Assembly (NCBI GenBank): GCA_000091205.1
Contig: AP006498.2
Strand: one strand, 5' to 3'
DNA length: 64,000 bases
Source of the DNA: Cyanidioschyzon merolae
Lineage: Eukaryota
Part shown: one piece after another, positions 1 to 10,246 of the stretch
Layout of the letters: the number at the start of each line of letters is the position of its first letter
How positions within the stretch are numbered: position 1 is the first letter of the stretch
Notes under the pieces: model-generated
What the model was told of the DNA's origin: nothing
Databases searched by the model: none
Seen by the model: only the letters and a program-made list of their open reading frames with translations
Program-made: the position numbers and the translations under genes

Positions 1-651
1 AGCGCGCCGCTCGATGGGTACCAATGCCTACGAGCGGGGAGCCGCATCAGCGACTGCGTCTGCCGTGATGCGGGTGGATAATTCAACCCTGTGGACGAGC
101 AGCTCGGGTGCGAGTTAGTAGCGAAGGTCGACCAAAGACGTCGCCGAGGGATACGGAGTCCAGTTCATTGGTATTATGCGCACCACAGAGACAGGTCGTG
201 GAATCTCGGGCTCCAACTGATAAAAAACGAGTCGTGTTCAACGGTTTCTCGTTCCGGAGATCTCAACGTGTCATGCACAGGCGTGCACGATTCGCTCGGC
301 ATGCGTTATCGTGCGGGTCACCTTTCCGTACGCTCTATGCAGCATCTTGGGCTGAGGTCGCCATAGCGTCTCGCGGCATTGACGCCTATCACTTCGTCGC
401 ATGGAAGATCGAAGGGAATTGGCTCGAGATCATCACACAGTGTCTCCAATCATCTTGCAGCCGGCGGTCTCACGTGCGCACGGAATTTGTCCTTTCGGGG
501 AGTTTCGCGCTCGATACCAATGATCATGGATAAACCACGGAGATGTGACGTAAGACCAAGATCTTTGTGGGGACGCGTCCAGTCGACGCTAGCCGCCAAC
601 GGGCAGCGCACGCTGCGCTACGCGATCCACGGGTAACGATCCTCTCCCCTT

Positions 652-1689
652 TTACTGAAACTTGCTAGCGATCTCTAAAAACTCTTCGATATCTTCAGCG
701 CTGCCCATGAACACGGGTACTCGCTGGTGAATATGTCGCGGTCTGACGTCCAAAATATCCTCCCTGCCGGTCGTGGCCTTGCCACCGGCGACCTCCATCA
801 AGAACGCCATCGGCGCCGCTTCATACAGGTACCGCAACTTGCCATCCTTGCTCTTGCTGTCCGCGGGGTACATGAAAACTCCCCCGTACAGCAGCGTCCG
901 ATGAACATCAGCCACCATGGATCCGATGTAGCGCAGAGAGCGCGGTTTCCCTTTCTCAGGATACTTCATGCGCTGCACGAACTCGCGAACAGCTGGATCC
1001 CAGTCGCGGCTATTGCCCTCATTGATCGAGTAGATGGTCCCGCGGGGTGGACAACGCATGTTCGGGTGCGTTAGAACGAATTCCCCCAGCGACGGATCCA
1101 GCGTGAACCCGTTGACAGTCTCACCTGTTGAGAAAACGAGGTTCGTCGCGGATCCGTACATGGCGTAGCCAGCAGCAACCATCGAGCGACCGCTCTGCAG
1201 CATATAGCGATTGACGTCCTCCGACGAGTTGAGTTCCTGCGGGTTATCGATGTGATAGATGCCAAAGATCGTGCCGATAGAAACGTTCGCGTCGATATTC
1301 GAAGAACCGTCCAGCGGGTCGAACGCGACGGCATAGTGGCCGCGCAAGGATGGGTCCACGAGAATCGCCAGCTCCTCCTCCTCGCTGACCAAGCACGCGC
1401 ACTTCTCCGATGCAATCAAGTTCAGTTTAAAGGTGTCGTTTGCTATCACGTCCAACTTTTTCTGGTCTTCTCCCTGAATATTCTGGTCGCCTGCGAGACC
1501 GTAGAGTTTCGCGATACCGGCGCGCCGCACACACGACTCGATGACCTTACAGGCAAGCTGCACCGCGGACAGCAGCAGCGTCAAGTCGCCCTGTGCTTCG
1601 CGGTGGCGCCGCTGCTCCACCAGCACGTAGCGGGTGAGGGTCATTGCCTCCGTTCCCTCAAGAAAAGTAGGGGCCCCCTTTGTGGTCAT
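652..1689 (-). CDS. FBP: Fructose-1,6-bisphosphatase, cytosolic type
   Basis: The 345-aa ORF has an ATG start. Its translation carries FBPase hallmarks: DPLDGSSNID metal-binding motif, GTIFGIY, and the C-terminal GGVFMYP...GKLRYLYEAAPMAFLMEQAGG-like active-site region. Full length matches eukaryotic FBPase (about 340 aa). Confidence 0.9.
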   Translation of the reverse strand: MTTKGAPTFLEGTEAMTLTRYVLVEQRRHREAQGDLTLLLSAVQLACKVIESCVRRAGIAKLYGLAGDQNIQGEDQKKLDVIANDTFKLNLIASEKCACLVSEEEELAILVDPSLRGHYAVAFDPLDGSSNIDANVSIGTIFGIYHIDNPQELNSSEDVNRYMLQSGRSMVAAGYAMYGSATNLVFSTGETVNGFTLDPSLGEFVLTHPNMRCPPRGTIYSINEGNSRDWDPAVREFVQRMKYPEKGKPRSLRYIGSMVADVHRTLLYGGVFMYPADSKSKDGKLRYLYEAAPMAFLMEVAGGKATTGREDILDVRPRHIHQRVPVFMGSAEDIEEFLEIASKFQ

Positions 1690-1849
1690 AGTTGTTGTTT
1701 AGGGTACTCGCAACAAGTTTACGCGAACCCGTCTATGACTGGTGTCGCCGGAGAAGTAGTAGCAGCACAAATAGCAGCTGCACCTCACGGGAAAGAATGG
1801 TTCAAAAGGCGTTCGCAGCGCAGCGCAGCGCAGCGCTGATCGGAATCGA

Positions 1850-2050
1850 CGGCGGCTGCGGCGCGATCACACGATGCACATCGATGCGCTTTCCGATGCA
1901 CATCGATGCGCTTTCCGATGCACATCGTTGCGCTTTCCGATGCGCTTTCCGATGCGCTTTCCGATGCGCTTTCCGATGCGCTTTCCGATGCGCTTTCCGA
2001 TGCGCTTTCCGATGCACATCGTTGCGCTTTCCGATGCACATCGTTGCGCT
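1850..2050. repeat. Minisatellite: 14-bp unit gcgctttccgatgc (about 7 tandem copies) nested in 22-bp cacatcgatgcgctttccgatg units
   Basis: Direct tandem repetition is visible in the sequence. It generates several overlapping spurious ORFs (FRCAFRCAF / MRFPMRFP / SDALSDAL). It lies in the intergenic region between the FBPase 5' end and the MAP65-like 3' end. Confidence 0.9.
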
Positions 2051-2488
2051 TTCGCAGCAGCGCAAGTTGCGCATTCGAAGGATTCCAGGCGGAATTTGCG
2101 TGCGTGTCGAGCGTCGAGGTCAGATAACATGCATAACAGCAAACGGTATGCAAGTGGTGTTGCTTGACCCGCGACCAACGAGTGCTACGGAGGCCTTGAC
2201 CTGCTCCTGGGACGGTGATGTGGCGGTGGTGCTTTCTTTCGCATGCTGCATGCACGAGCGCTGGACTTGATACATGGGAACCAGCAGTCCTTAGTCAATG
2301 TTCGGGGGTAACGCAATCACATTCGTTCACGCAGCCGCTTGCATACCGTCCACCGGGAAGCGGACGACTAGGGGCGTTAGGCGCTCGCGGACAAACGCTT
2401 CAGCGAAAACGCGCATCTGGAGCCAAGACGAACGGACGCGACGCCAGAGGCAGGTTCAGCAACTAGATCACAACGCTTCCGATACGCG

Positions 2489-5400
2489 TTAGCGGATAGG
2501 CGACTCGGCACAAGGAAAGTCGGCTGAAAACTGAACAGGATAGGGCTCCCCAGACGCCGCAGGTGGCCTGGTGCTCGAATGTGTCGAGCCCGGCTGCTCC
2601 GAGAGCGAGTCTTCGGCGCAAGAATGCGCCCTCGTCGGGGCGTTCGAAGGCATCCCAGTCGTGCACTCCTGATTGTCGACGGCGGTACACTTCATTTTCG
2701 TGGTATTCGGTGTACAAGTTGACGCCGATGACGCCGATGACGCTGAGCGCACACGCTTTTTCGGCATGCAGTTCATCGTGAGATCGCTTTCTTGGAGCCG
2801 GGGCGAACCGCGGTCGCTAACACCCTTGATAGCTCGCGGGGTCTCGACCGGTCGGAACGACTGCTCGGCCGCGACATTCGCTTGCAAACTACTGTTTTCC
2901 TGGTCGGACTCAGGGTCTGAAGTTTGTACAGCTCGTTTTTTCTCTTGTGACAGACGCGAGGGTGTTTCGATATGCGACGCCCTACTCGTGGTATCAAGCG
3001 CGGGCGCGTTGTGCTCGTGCGTTTGCATTCCGGCTTCCATGAGCTGCTGCTGCTGCTGCTGCTGATGTTCCGTTCCTTGCGACTGCCTGCAAGGCGATAA
3101 CGTCGAGCCGGACACCGACGTGCCGGACGACAGACTCGGGTCCAAGAGCTTCGCCTCGGAGGCGCATCTTAACGACGGCGCGCTGCCTCCGCTGTGATGA
3201 CCATCGCTTTGGGACGAATGGAGTGACCCTATAAGCCGCGCTGAATTTCCAGTCGGGGTACTCCTGTATTCTACACCGACGAAGGACGGTGCTGCCGCAC
3301 TCGAACCGTACGAGTGCTCCGCGAGCTTTGCCCCTGCTCGCTCAGTGGGCGTGGTCTGTGCAGGGGAACGATCGAGCGTCCGTGTTGACCGCTCAGAGAC
3401 GCTTCCGCCCTGAACGCAACCGTGACTATTGGACGTACTCATTTCAGTGCCGCTGCTGGAAGACGCATTCTCGGTGAAGCAGCGGTCATTTTGGCCAGTG
3501 CTCTGGTTGGCGCACCCACCCGGAGGTCGGATTCCGGCGACTCCAGGACTCTGTGGCGAATCTGCTACCTTTGACGCAAACTGGGGCGTTCGCAAATCTC
3601 CAATCATAGGCGCTCTACAGGACATACTATAAGGTGCCGCTGAACCCTCACGAGCTATCGCATGGTGCTGGTTCGCAGGCCCCGCCGCTGAAAGCCAGGC
3701 ACACCATGCGCCCGGGACTTCGGCACTTGCAGCCGCCAGCGCAGTGGTGGTCTTCGCTTGTCCGATTACCGCGAAAGGAGTATTCGCATCGTGTTTCGAT
3801 TCCACGCGCTTGCGAACTTGGGCTGCGAGCACTTTCTTCGCACTCGTTCCATTCCATGTATTTGGTGCATTCGGCCTTGGGGTCGGGGTCGAACGAGCGC
3901 TCGTGGCGTTGCTCGGTGCAGCAAGCCGACCTGCGCTGCCGGCAGCAGAGGCCGCGTTCGCGGGGACCGTAGCAACCGGTACAAATGCTCCGCTGTTCGC
4001 GTTCGTGGGCGTTTCGCGTTGACCGCTGCGACTCACGCGCATGGCAGCCTCGGCTGCCTCTTCCTGTTGAAGGCGCTCCAAAATATCCACACCCTTATGT
4101 ATGAAACGTTTCTGGAATTCGTGCGCATAACTCTCCAGTAAACTGCGTAACACATTGTTCACTTTGGGTAGCTGACGCACCTGTTTTCGGAGCTGCTCCT
4201 CGCGGAGAAGGCCCCCTACGATGCGCTTACCGCCGCTGCGACCAAAGAGGCGCTCCGGATTCTGCATCTCTCGATCCAGCTCCATCTTCTTTTCGAGCAA
4301 TTCTTCGCGGCGCCTCAAAAGCTCGTGGATCGGACGAATACGCCTTGCAATGGACTCGAGACGCGATGTTTCCTGCTCTATGGCTTCGAGAACTTCCTCG
4401 CTCGCTTCATCGTTGCTGCAGAAAGCAAACGAGACCCGCTGCGCTGGTGCGATGTCAAGCTCATTCCACAGCGCGGTCAGGCGTTCTTTCTCCTTGGCAA
4501 TGAGAGCTCGAAGGCGCTTCTCGCGAGTCGCGCGCAATTCTTCCACATGGCTGTGCCATGCTTCCAAGCTGTGTTTGCTGAGAGTGCTGTGTTCCGCTTG
4601 GAATGCACTAAAGCGCTCCGCGGGATAACGTAGCGCCTTGTAGAGCTCAGCGGCGATATTGGATACTCGATCGAGCTCTTCGACCCGCAATTCAATTTCC
4701 CGCTCCAGATACGCTACCCGCGCGGTCAAAACATCAATGGAAACAAGAGAGGCACCCAGCGGCTCCTGCGTACCGTCAAAGGTCAGTGCAAGACGATCGA
4801 GTTCTGATTCAGTCTCTTCGGGTGACACTATGCAGAGTCTCCGAAGAAGACCTCTGATCGACACAAGTAGCGATGCAATCGTTTGCACTCGTTGCTGGCG
4901 CAGCTCTAACAGTTCCGAAATCTTCGACTCAAGCGCACGAATGCGCTGCCCATATTCGCGAATGGAAATCTTGCGAAGGGGATTGTTCAGGTCGGAGGCA
5001 ATCGTGGTAATCTGCGTAAAATTAGCCTCATGACTTGGGCTTACATTTGCCCCGAGTTCGACTGCGGACGGTACGTCGCGGGTGCGCCGACTCCCCGTGA
5101 TCACGAGTGCGTCCCGGTACTCCTCGGGCAAGTCATCAACGACTTCGCCGAGTTCATCAACCCAGAGCGTCAAAACACGTTTTTGCAGCTCACCGAGACG
5201 CTCGACAAAGAGTCGCTTCTGCGCTTCCAAAGCAGCGACTTGGCGTGAAACCTCGTCCAGACACTGTAGCAAAGTGCCCTGACGACCGGACGAGTCTCCA
5301 GAGCGACCGGATCGCTCATGCGGAGCGAGCCCAGGATTCGTGCTTGCACCAGGCAGTAGACGTTCCACAGTCGGCGCTTCACGCCGCAGAGAGGGCTCAT

Positions 5401-5830
5401 CCGGCAACGTACAACTCACGGACATGTCCGGTGCTGCAGTATGCCCCAAACCGCCGGCGCCAAAAGTCGTCGACAGCTCTATGGTATTATTGGCAGCAGA
5501 GGCGGCCCCCCATTGTCGCTCCGTCATGTCACCACCGACCGTACGCCGGCTACTGCTCAGCACATCAGCAGGCAACCATGCTGCAGGAGCGCTCTTTTGA
5601 GCAGCGGCGACCTCCGCCTGCAGCTCCAGCAGCAGTGCCTCAGCGGCGTCCAGTTCATTTTCGAGGGTATCCCGCTCATCCGCCGCACTTTCCAGCGTAT
5701 CCACGTATACACGAATCACCTGCTCGCGCAAAGCCTCCACCCGACGAACTCGTTCAGCTTCGTCGAGACCAATCTCCGCCCAAACTTCCTGTAAACGCGA
5801 TATAACATCTTGATTCAACCTGACCTCCAT
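2489..5830 (-). CDS. MAP65/Ase1/PRC1-family microtubule-associated protein with long low-complexity C-terminal tail
   Basis: ATG start. The N-terminus (VISRLQEVWAEIGLDEAERVRRVEALREQVIRVYVDTLESA) resembles the conserved MAP65/PRC1 N-terminal helix. A central block (EVLEAIEQETSRLESIARRIRPIHELLRRREELLEKKMELDREMQNPERLFGRSGG...LPKVNNVLRSLLESYAHEFQKRFIHKGVDILERLQ) resembles the PRC1/MAP65 spectrin-like microtubule-binding domain. The C-terminal roughly 500 aa is S/P/T/A-rich and disordered, with a poly-Q run. Assignment is by remembered family features, not by search. Confidence 0.6.
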   Translation of the reverse strand: MEVRLNQDVISRLQEVWAEIGLDEAERVRRVEALREQVIRVYVDTLESAADERDTLENELDAAEALLLELQAEVAAAQKSAPAAWLPADVLSSSRRTVGGDMTERQWGAASAANNTIELSTTFGAGGLGHTAAPDMSVSCTLPDEPSLRREAPTVERLLPGASTNPGLAPHERSGRSGDSSGRQGTLLQCLDEVSRQVAALEAQKRLFVERLGELQKRVLTLWVDELGEVVDDLPEEYRDALVITGSRRTRDVPSAVELGANVSPSHEANFTQITTIASDLNNPLRKISIREYGQRIRALESKISELLELRQQRVQTIASLLVSIRGLLRRLCIVSPEETESELDRLALTFDGTQEPLGASLVSIDVLTARVAYLEREIELRVEELDRVSNIAAELYKALRYPAERFSAFQAEHSTLSKHSLEAWHSHVEELRATREKRLRALIAKEKERLTALWNELDIAPAQRVSFAFCSNDEASEEVLEAIEQETSRLESIARRIRPIHELLRRREELLEKKMELDREMQNPERLFGRSGGKRIVGGLLREEQLRKQVRQLPKVNNVLRSLLESYAHEFQKRFIHKGVDILERLQQEEAAEAAMRVSRSGQRETPTNANSGAFVPVATVPANAASAAGSAGRLAAPSNATSARSTPTPRPNAPNTWNGTSAKKVLAAQVRKRVESKHDANTPFAVIGQAKTTTALAAASAEVPGAWCAWLSAAGPANQHHAIAREGSAAPYSMSCRAPMIGDLRTPQFASKVADSPQSPGVAGIRPPGGCANQSTGQNDRCFTENASSSSGTEMSTSNSHGCVQGGSVSERSTRTLDRSPAQTTPTERAGAKLAEHSYGSSAAAPSFVGVEYRSTPTGNSARLIGSLHSSQSDGHHSGGSAPSLRCASEAKLLDPSLSSGTSVSGSTLSPCRQSQGTEHQQQQQQQLMEAGMQTHEHNAPALDTTSRASHIETPSRLSQEKKRAVQTSDPESDQENSSLQANVAAEQSFRPVETPRAIKGVSDRGSPRLQESDLTMNCMPKKRVRSASSASSASTCTPNTTKMKCTAVDNQECTTGMPSNAPTRAHSCAEDSLSEQPGSTHSSTRPPAASGEPYPVQFSADFPCAESPIR
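3040..3062. repeat. (CTG/CAG)n trinucleotide microsatellite
   Basis: gctgctgctgctgctgctgctg is visible in the sequence. It encodes the QQQQQQQ run in the MAP65-like protein. Confidence 0.9.
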
Positions 5831-6119
5831 TCCTGGGGTTCCAGCCAGAGCGCTTGGTCACTTTTCACGACCGCGTGTGGGGACAGGTTCGACTCGAAGC
5901 AAACACCAGTTCCCTGTAGCGCCTTGCACGCTGTTGTCCGCTATTCGCAGAAAAGCGGCAACGCTCGCGAAGCGCAACGCAATACCGCACCGTGGCACAG
6001 CCAGACAGCAGCAGACACACCGGTAGGAGTGGCGGCACACCGGGCGTCGGGATCGCAACGGCTGGATGTGGCGAATCGGCGATTTGAATGAGGGCGGCTG
6101 TGTCGGGTACGGGCGCGCG

Positions 6120-6300
6120 CTGCTTGCGACGTGTCGCGCGATCGATTGATTCTCGATCGATGGACTGACGGATCGATGGACTGACTGACTGACTGACTGA
6201 CTGACTGACTGACTGACTGACTGATTCTCGATCGACGGACTGTCTGATCGATGGACTGTCTGATCGATGGACCGACTGACTGACTGACTGATTCTCGATC
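6120..6300. repeat. (CTGA)n microsatellite (about 12 units at 6181-6228) flanked by gatcgatggactg-type short repeats
   Basis: Visible tandem repeat. It generates three overlapping low-complexity minus-strand ORFs (SVSQSVSQ). Confidence 0.9.
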
Positions 6301-9300
6301 GATGGAGCGCACAACGAGTCGCGAGTTGGACGCTTCTCTGCAGAGAGATACTGGCATCTGTTCGTGTTCGTGGATGCGATGAAGTCGGTGCTGTGTGGCG
6401 GAGTTGGCGTTCGTCTGGGCGCGTTGGTGCGTTTCTTTCGTTTCCGCGCATAGCGTAATGTCGTGCGGAACGGCTGAATCTGGGTATCCAGAGTATGCGA
6501 CTCGATTTTTTGACTTTTTCCCAGAGTCGATTGAAGAAACAGAGCACGTCTCTAACGATGATAGCGTCTGCAAGGCTGGCACCAACGACAGCCAGTTGCC
6601 TGCGAGGATCAGATCCTGGATGATACGCTGAGGTAAAGTTTAGTGTGATGGATTGAGTTTCCTGTACTCATACAGGATACAGATACGCGCAGTGAGCTCG
6701 AAACGAAGCGACATGGTCAGCGGCGGTGTCTGCGCCTTGGACGAGTTTATCGGCGCTCATGCACGTGAACGGCTCGTTGCATGGTTCGCTCCGCCCTCGT
6801 GCATAGCGTTGCGACCAGGTTCCGTCGAGCGCACACCGTACCCGTGTCGAAGAGGTATTCGCTGGGTCTCTGTGCAGCGAACTGGCAGAGTGATTGTGCA
6901 AGCTGTTCCAATGAAGGCTGGTCGTCTGCAGAGCGCCGCAACGAGGGCTGAAACGTTTTTCCGGTGGATATCTGTGTGAAAAAGATGATCAAATACGCAG
7001 CTTATGGAGGCGCATATTACCGAGTGCCATTCGGGTGCAGTCACGCATGTTTGGGCATGTATTGTGCACTCCAGTATCGCACCTATCTTGGACCGTTTAA
7101 GCGAGGTATTGCGGGCGGCGTCGGCTATCTTCCCAGCATACACGCGTACTGTGCAGCGCTTGCGAGGCGTAGGTCACCTGCTGACAGCGATGCACCATTT
7201 TGTGGCCAAGTACGCGTTGCTAGCCTTGCGCACAGCATACGGCGCCCGCACCGATATCGCTCACCCTAAAAACACAAGCTCCATTTGCCCGATCGCAGAA
7301 GCAACTTGACATCTCTGGGAATGGCGGCAAAAGAATGGACGCTCCCGTTGGGTACTGAGTGCCATGAGCATAGAAGTCATCTGCGATGCCGGGCGCGGAG
7401 CAAGACTCACCGTGCGCTAGCGTCTCAGGTGGACGTAGGTACAACGTCCGTTATCAATCGTAGCGTCTTGGAAGAGCAGCGTTCAAAACACTGCGCAGAG
7501 AATGCCATACAAGTCTAGCGCGGCGAAGGCGAAATCGATAGATGCAGAGCAGTGAATCCGGACTGCCTTTGTATGCATGCCCTTTTGTTTTCGCAGGTTT
7601 TCCTCGAAGTTTTTTCCTGAAGAAACGTATCCAGTTCATTGCAGAAACGTCGCTGGACGACTTGGTGTTGACTCCGATAGCATAGGAGTACAAAGACCCG
7701 TCTCGCCAAAGTAAGCCGAGCCACGCTCAGCAGGTGGATGACGCACACGTCTCGTCATCCGCATCCAGTGCGCAGTGCATCCGAAACAAATGCCATCAAA
7801 CTCCATCCGCACACCTGCATCGTCATCAATCCATTCCCCCCATTTTCCCCATTTCCGGAACAGACGACTAGTTCAGAACAGAGCAGACGCCGTGCTCGAA
7901 TAAGAGCGATCCCGCCGCCACAAACATGTATTCCATGTGGTCTGCACGTATGGGGTCCGGTCCCATGACATCACTGTAGACACATGTGTATAGCACTATG
8001 CTGCGTCCGTCGTGCGCTACAATTGGCCTCTGCGAGCAGAGACCAGGCATTCGAACATCGTCGCGACGAGCATTTGCGGGGCTCATGCATGGCCTCTCGG
8101 CTCAGGACAGACAGCGGAGACACGTTTACCGCCATGATGGAGACAGTCAGAATATCTGTGTGCATGCACTTTGTGTAACCGACGCCTGAGTCGAGCAATG
8201 AAACTCCTCTCCAACCGTTCGAGGTGGATGACGAGCAAGTCTCGGTGGCGGGCGTGAATTCCGGTTTCATTGATATGGGCGCCGTCGCCGAGCTCATGAG
8301 GGGGTAGGGGACGGAGCCAGAGACCTCCAAGGCATGCAGCTGTAGCTGCTCAGTTCTGCCAGCGCACGGCAGTATCGGGAGTCGGGCATGATGGACACGA
8401 AGAGACATCCCGGGAGCTAGAATGACGGCATCAGGACCGAACTCGACGCTTTAAGCTCCGGATCGAGCAGCGAAGGCAGACGCTTTGCGCGCTTCATTCG
8501 TAGTGTTCGTGAGCGTCCAAATGCATGATCCAGACCATCCTTGGGAGGAGTACATCAAAACGCGATGCGGCCTACATCGGTCTCGTCTGTACGCACACAT
8601 GAGGCGTGCATTCTCCAACTTGTTCATTGAGTCGCAAAAGCAAATGACCCGCAGGCCACTTGGTTCGGAAGCGGCCTAGTGTACTGGACGTGCTTCTGCT
8701 CGCAAAAGCTGCACTTCTGCCTCTTCGGCGAGAGCGTGCCACACGGGATATGTCCGCAGATGATCCCGTCACTTCTGTTTGCATGGCAAAGGGCATTGGA
8801 CTCGATCTTAAGTCATTGCAAAAAATCGCCTCCATTGGAGCCTGCGTCACCGTTTTGCGCGGAGGCTTCGCACAGAAATCAAAATTTCTCGACTTGTTCT
8901 ATAGCCTGGACTCTATCTGCTAATCGTTTCATCACGGGCATCATCCCGTTCTGCAAATCCTCTATCGAAGGGGAAAGCGTGCACTCGCTCATGTTACGGA
9001 AACCGTACTCGCCGAGCGAATCGCCCACAAGTCACCCGTGATCGTTATGTACAGCACCAGACACGGAAACGGAGCAGGGTATTGAGCAGAACCTTCTCTA
9101 CCCGTCAAAGAAAAGTACCAAGCTATGAAGCAAGCGTTCGCGCGCAGCAGGGGGGGCCTCTATACGGGCGCAGTGCTAGCCCTATGCGAACACCTGACAA
9201 ATGCCAAGTGTCACCGATGCCAAAGGCGTACCAGCGCTATTCTGGAAGAACATGAACATGGCAAGAGACGCGTAGCTCGCAACTGCCACCTTTACATGAA

Positions 9301-9490
9301 ATGTAGCGACAACGTTCAGAGGCGGCGAGCTCGGGAGTTTAAACCTGCCATCAACATCCCTCAACAAACGACGACAGAACCTGAGTAGAAGTAGAGACTG
9401 GCGTATGTAAAACGGGAGATAAGAAAACAAAAAAATTAGCCGTCAGACTAAAAGCACGCAAAACTGGGGTTGATGATGGAGGAAGGAGAC

Positions 9491-10246
9491 CTAAGCTTCG
9501 GCGTGTGCACCTGTTTTGGAGGCCCAGCGACTTGCTCCATACGCTACTACGGGCCTTTGACGCTTGCACTCCTTCAAGGCGCTCAACTGACTGAAAAGAA
9601 TGTTGAATGTGCGCTGCTTCCCACAGTACAGGTTCATACGCTGGAAAGCCCACCGGGGCTTGGTATATTCTCTCCAGAGCGCCTCCCAATGAGCAACGCG
9701 AACTTTCATGAACTCCCGAAAAGCTCGATAGCCCGCTCCGCGGCACGTCATCTCGCTGGTCGCTTCCAGGTGATCCTTCACTCGTGCATTCCATGTCTGA
9801 ATTTTCTTCCTTGCACTCATGATGCCGGATTCTCGGTAGTATCTCGCCCTCGAGAGCTTGAAAAGACGAATGTCTTTATGAGGCAAATTACCGTCAGTAC
9901 CATCTTCCGCTCGCTTGGGTGCTGCGATGGCTATATGATTCGTGTTTCCAGGGTCTGTGCCAACGACAAAGCCGTTATCCTCCACCTCCTGCGTCACAGG
10001 ATCCTCCTCCTTCTCATCTTCATGGTTCGTCACGGGCGCAGCCGAGGGCGGAACTGGACGATCTGTCTTCAAGCGCCGATAGTGTACATACATGGTTACT
10101 CCATCGGTCTCAATCATCCCAGTGAATAACTTTTGCTTGCTCGTATTGAGACGTTTGAAATCGAAAATATTCTTCCAGTACGTCTCCCGGTTTTCGCCGG
10201 AGGATTCCTCCCTGCTAACATCGAACTCCGAACTGATCTCCTTCAT
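9491..10246 (-). pseudogene. Truncated TnpB/Fanzor-like nuclease ORF (RuvC-I only) of copy A
   Basis: The 251-aa ORF aligns to the N-terminal half of the copy B protein ([22 protein letters not shown]; [24 protein letters not shown] RuvC-I; [28 protein letters not shown]). It contains only one unit of the 25-aa repeat. It terminates after VVAYGASRW and lacks the zinc finger and RuvC-III. Confidence 0.7.

Noticed and set aside
1692-2270. Several 70-190-aa ORFs with FRCAFRCAF, MRFPMRFP and SDALSDAL repeats.
   Set aside because: They are translations of the minisatellite at 1850-2050.
5858-6585. Three overlapping minus-strand ORFs of 149-229 aa.
   Set aside because: They are translations of the (CTGA)n and gatcgatggactg repeats (SVSQSVSQ..., IDRESIDR...). 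They are low-complexity and mutually exclusive, so not genes.
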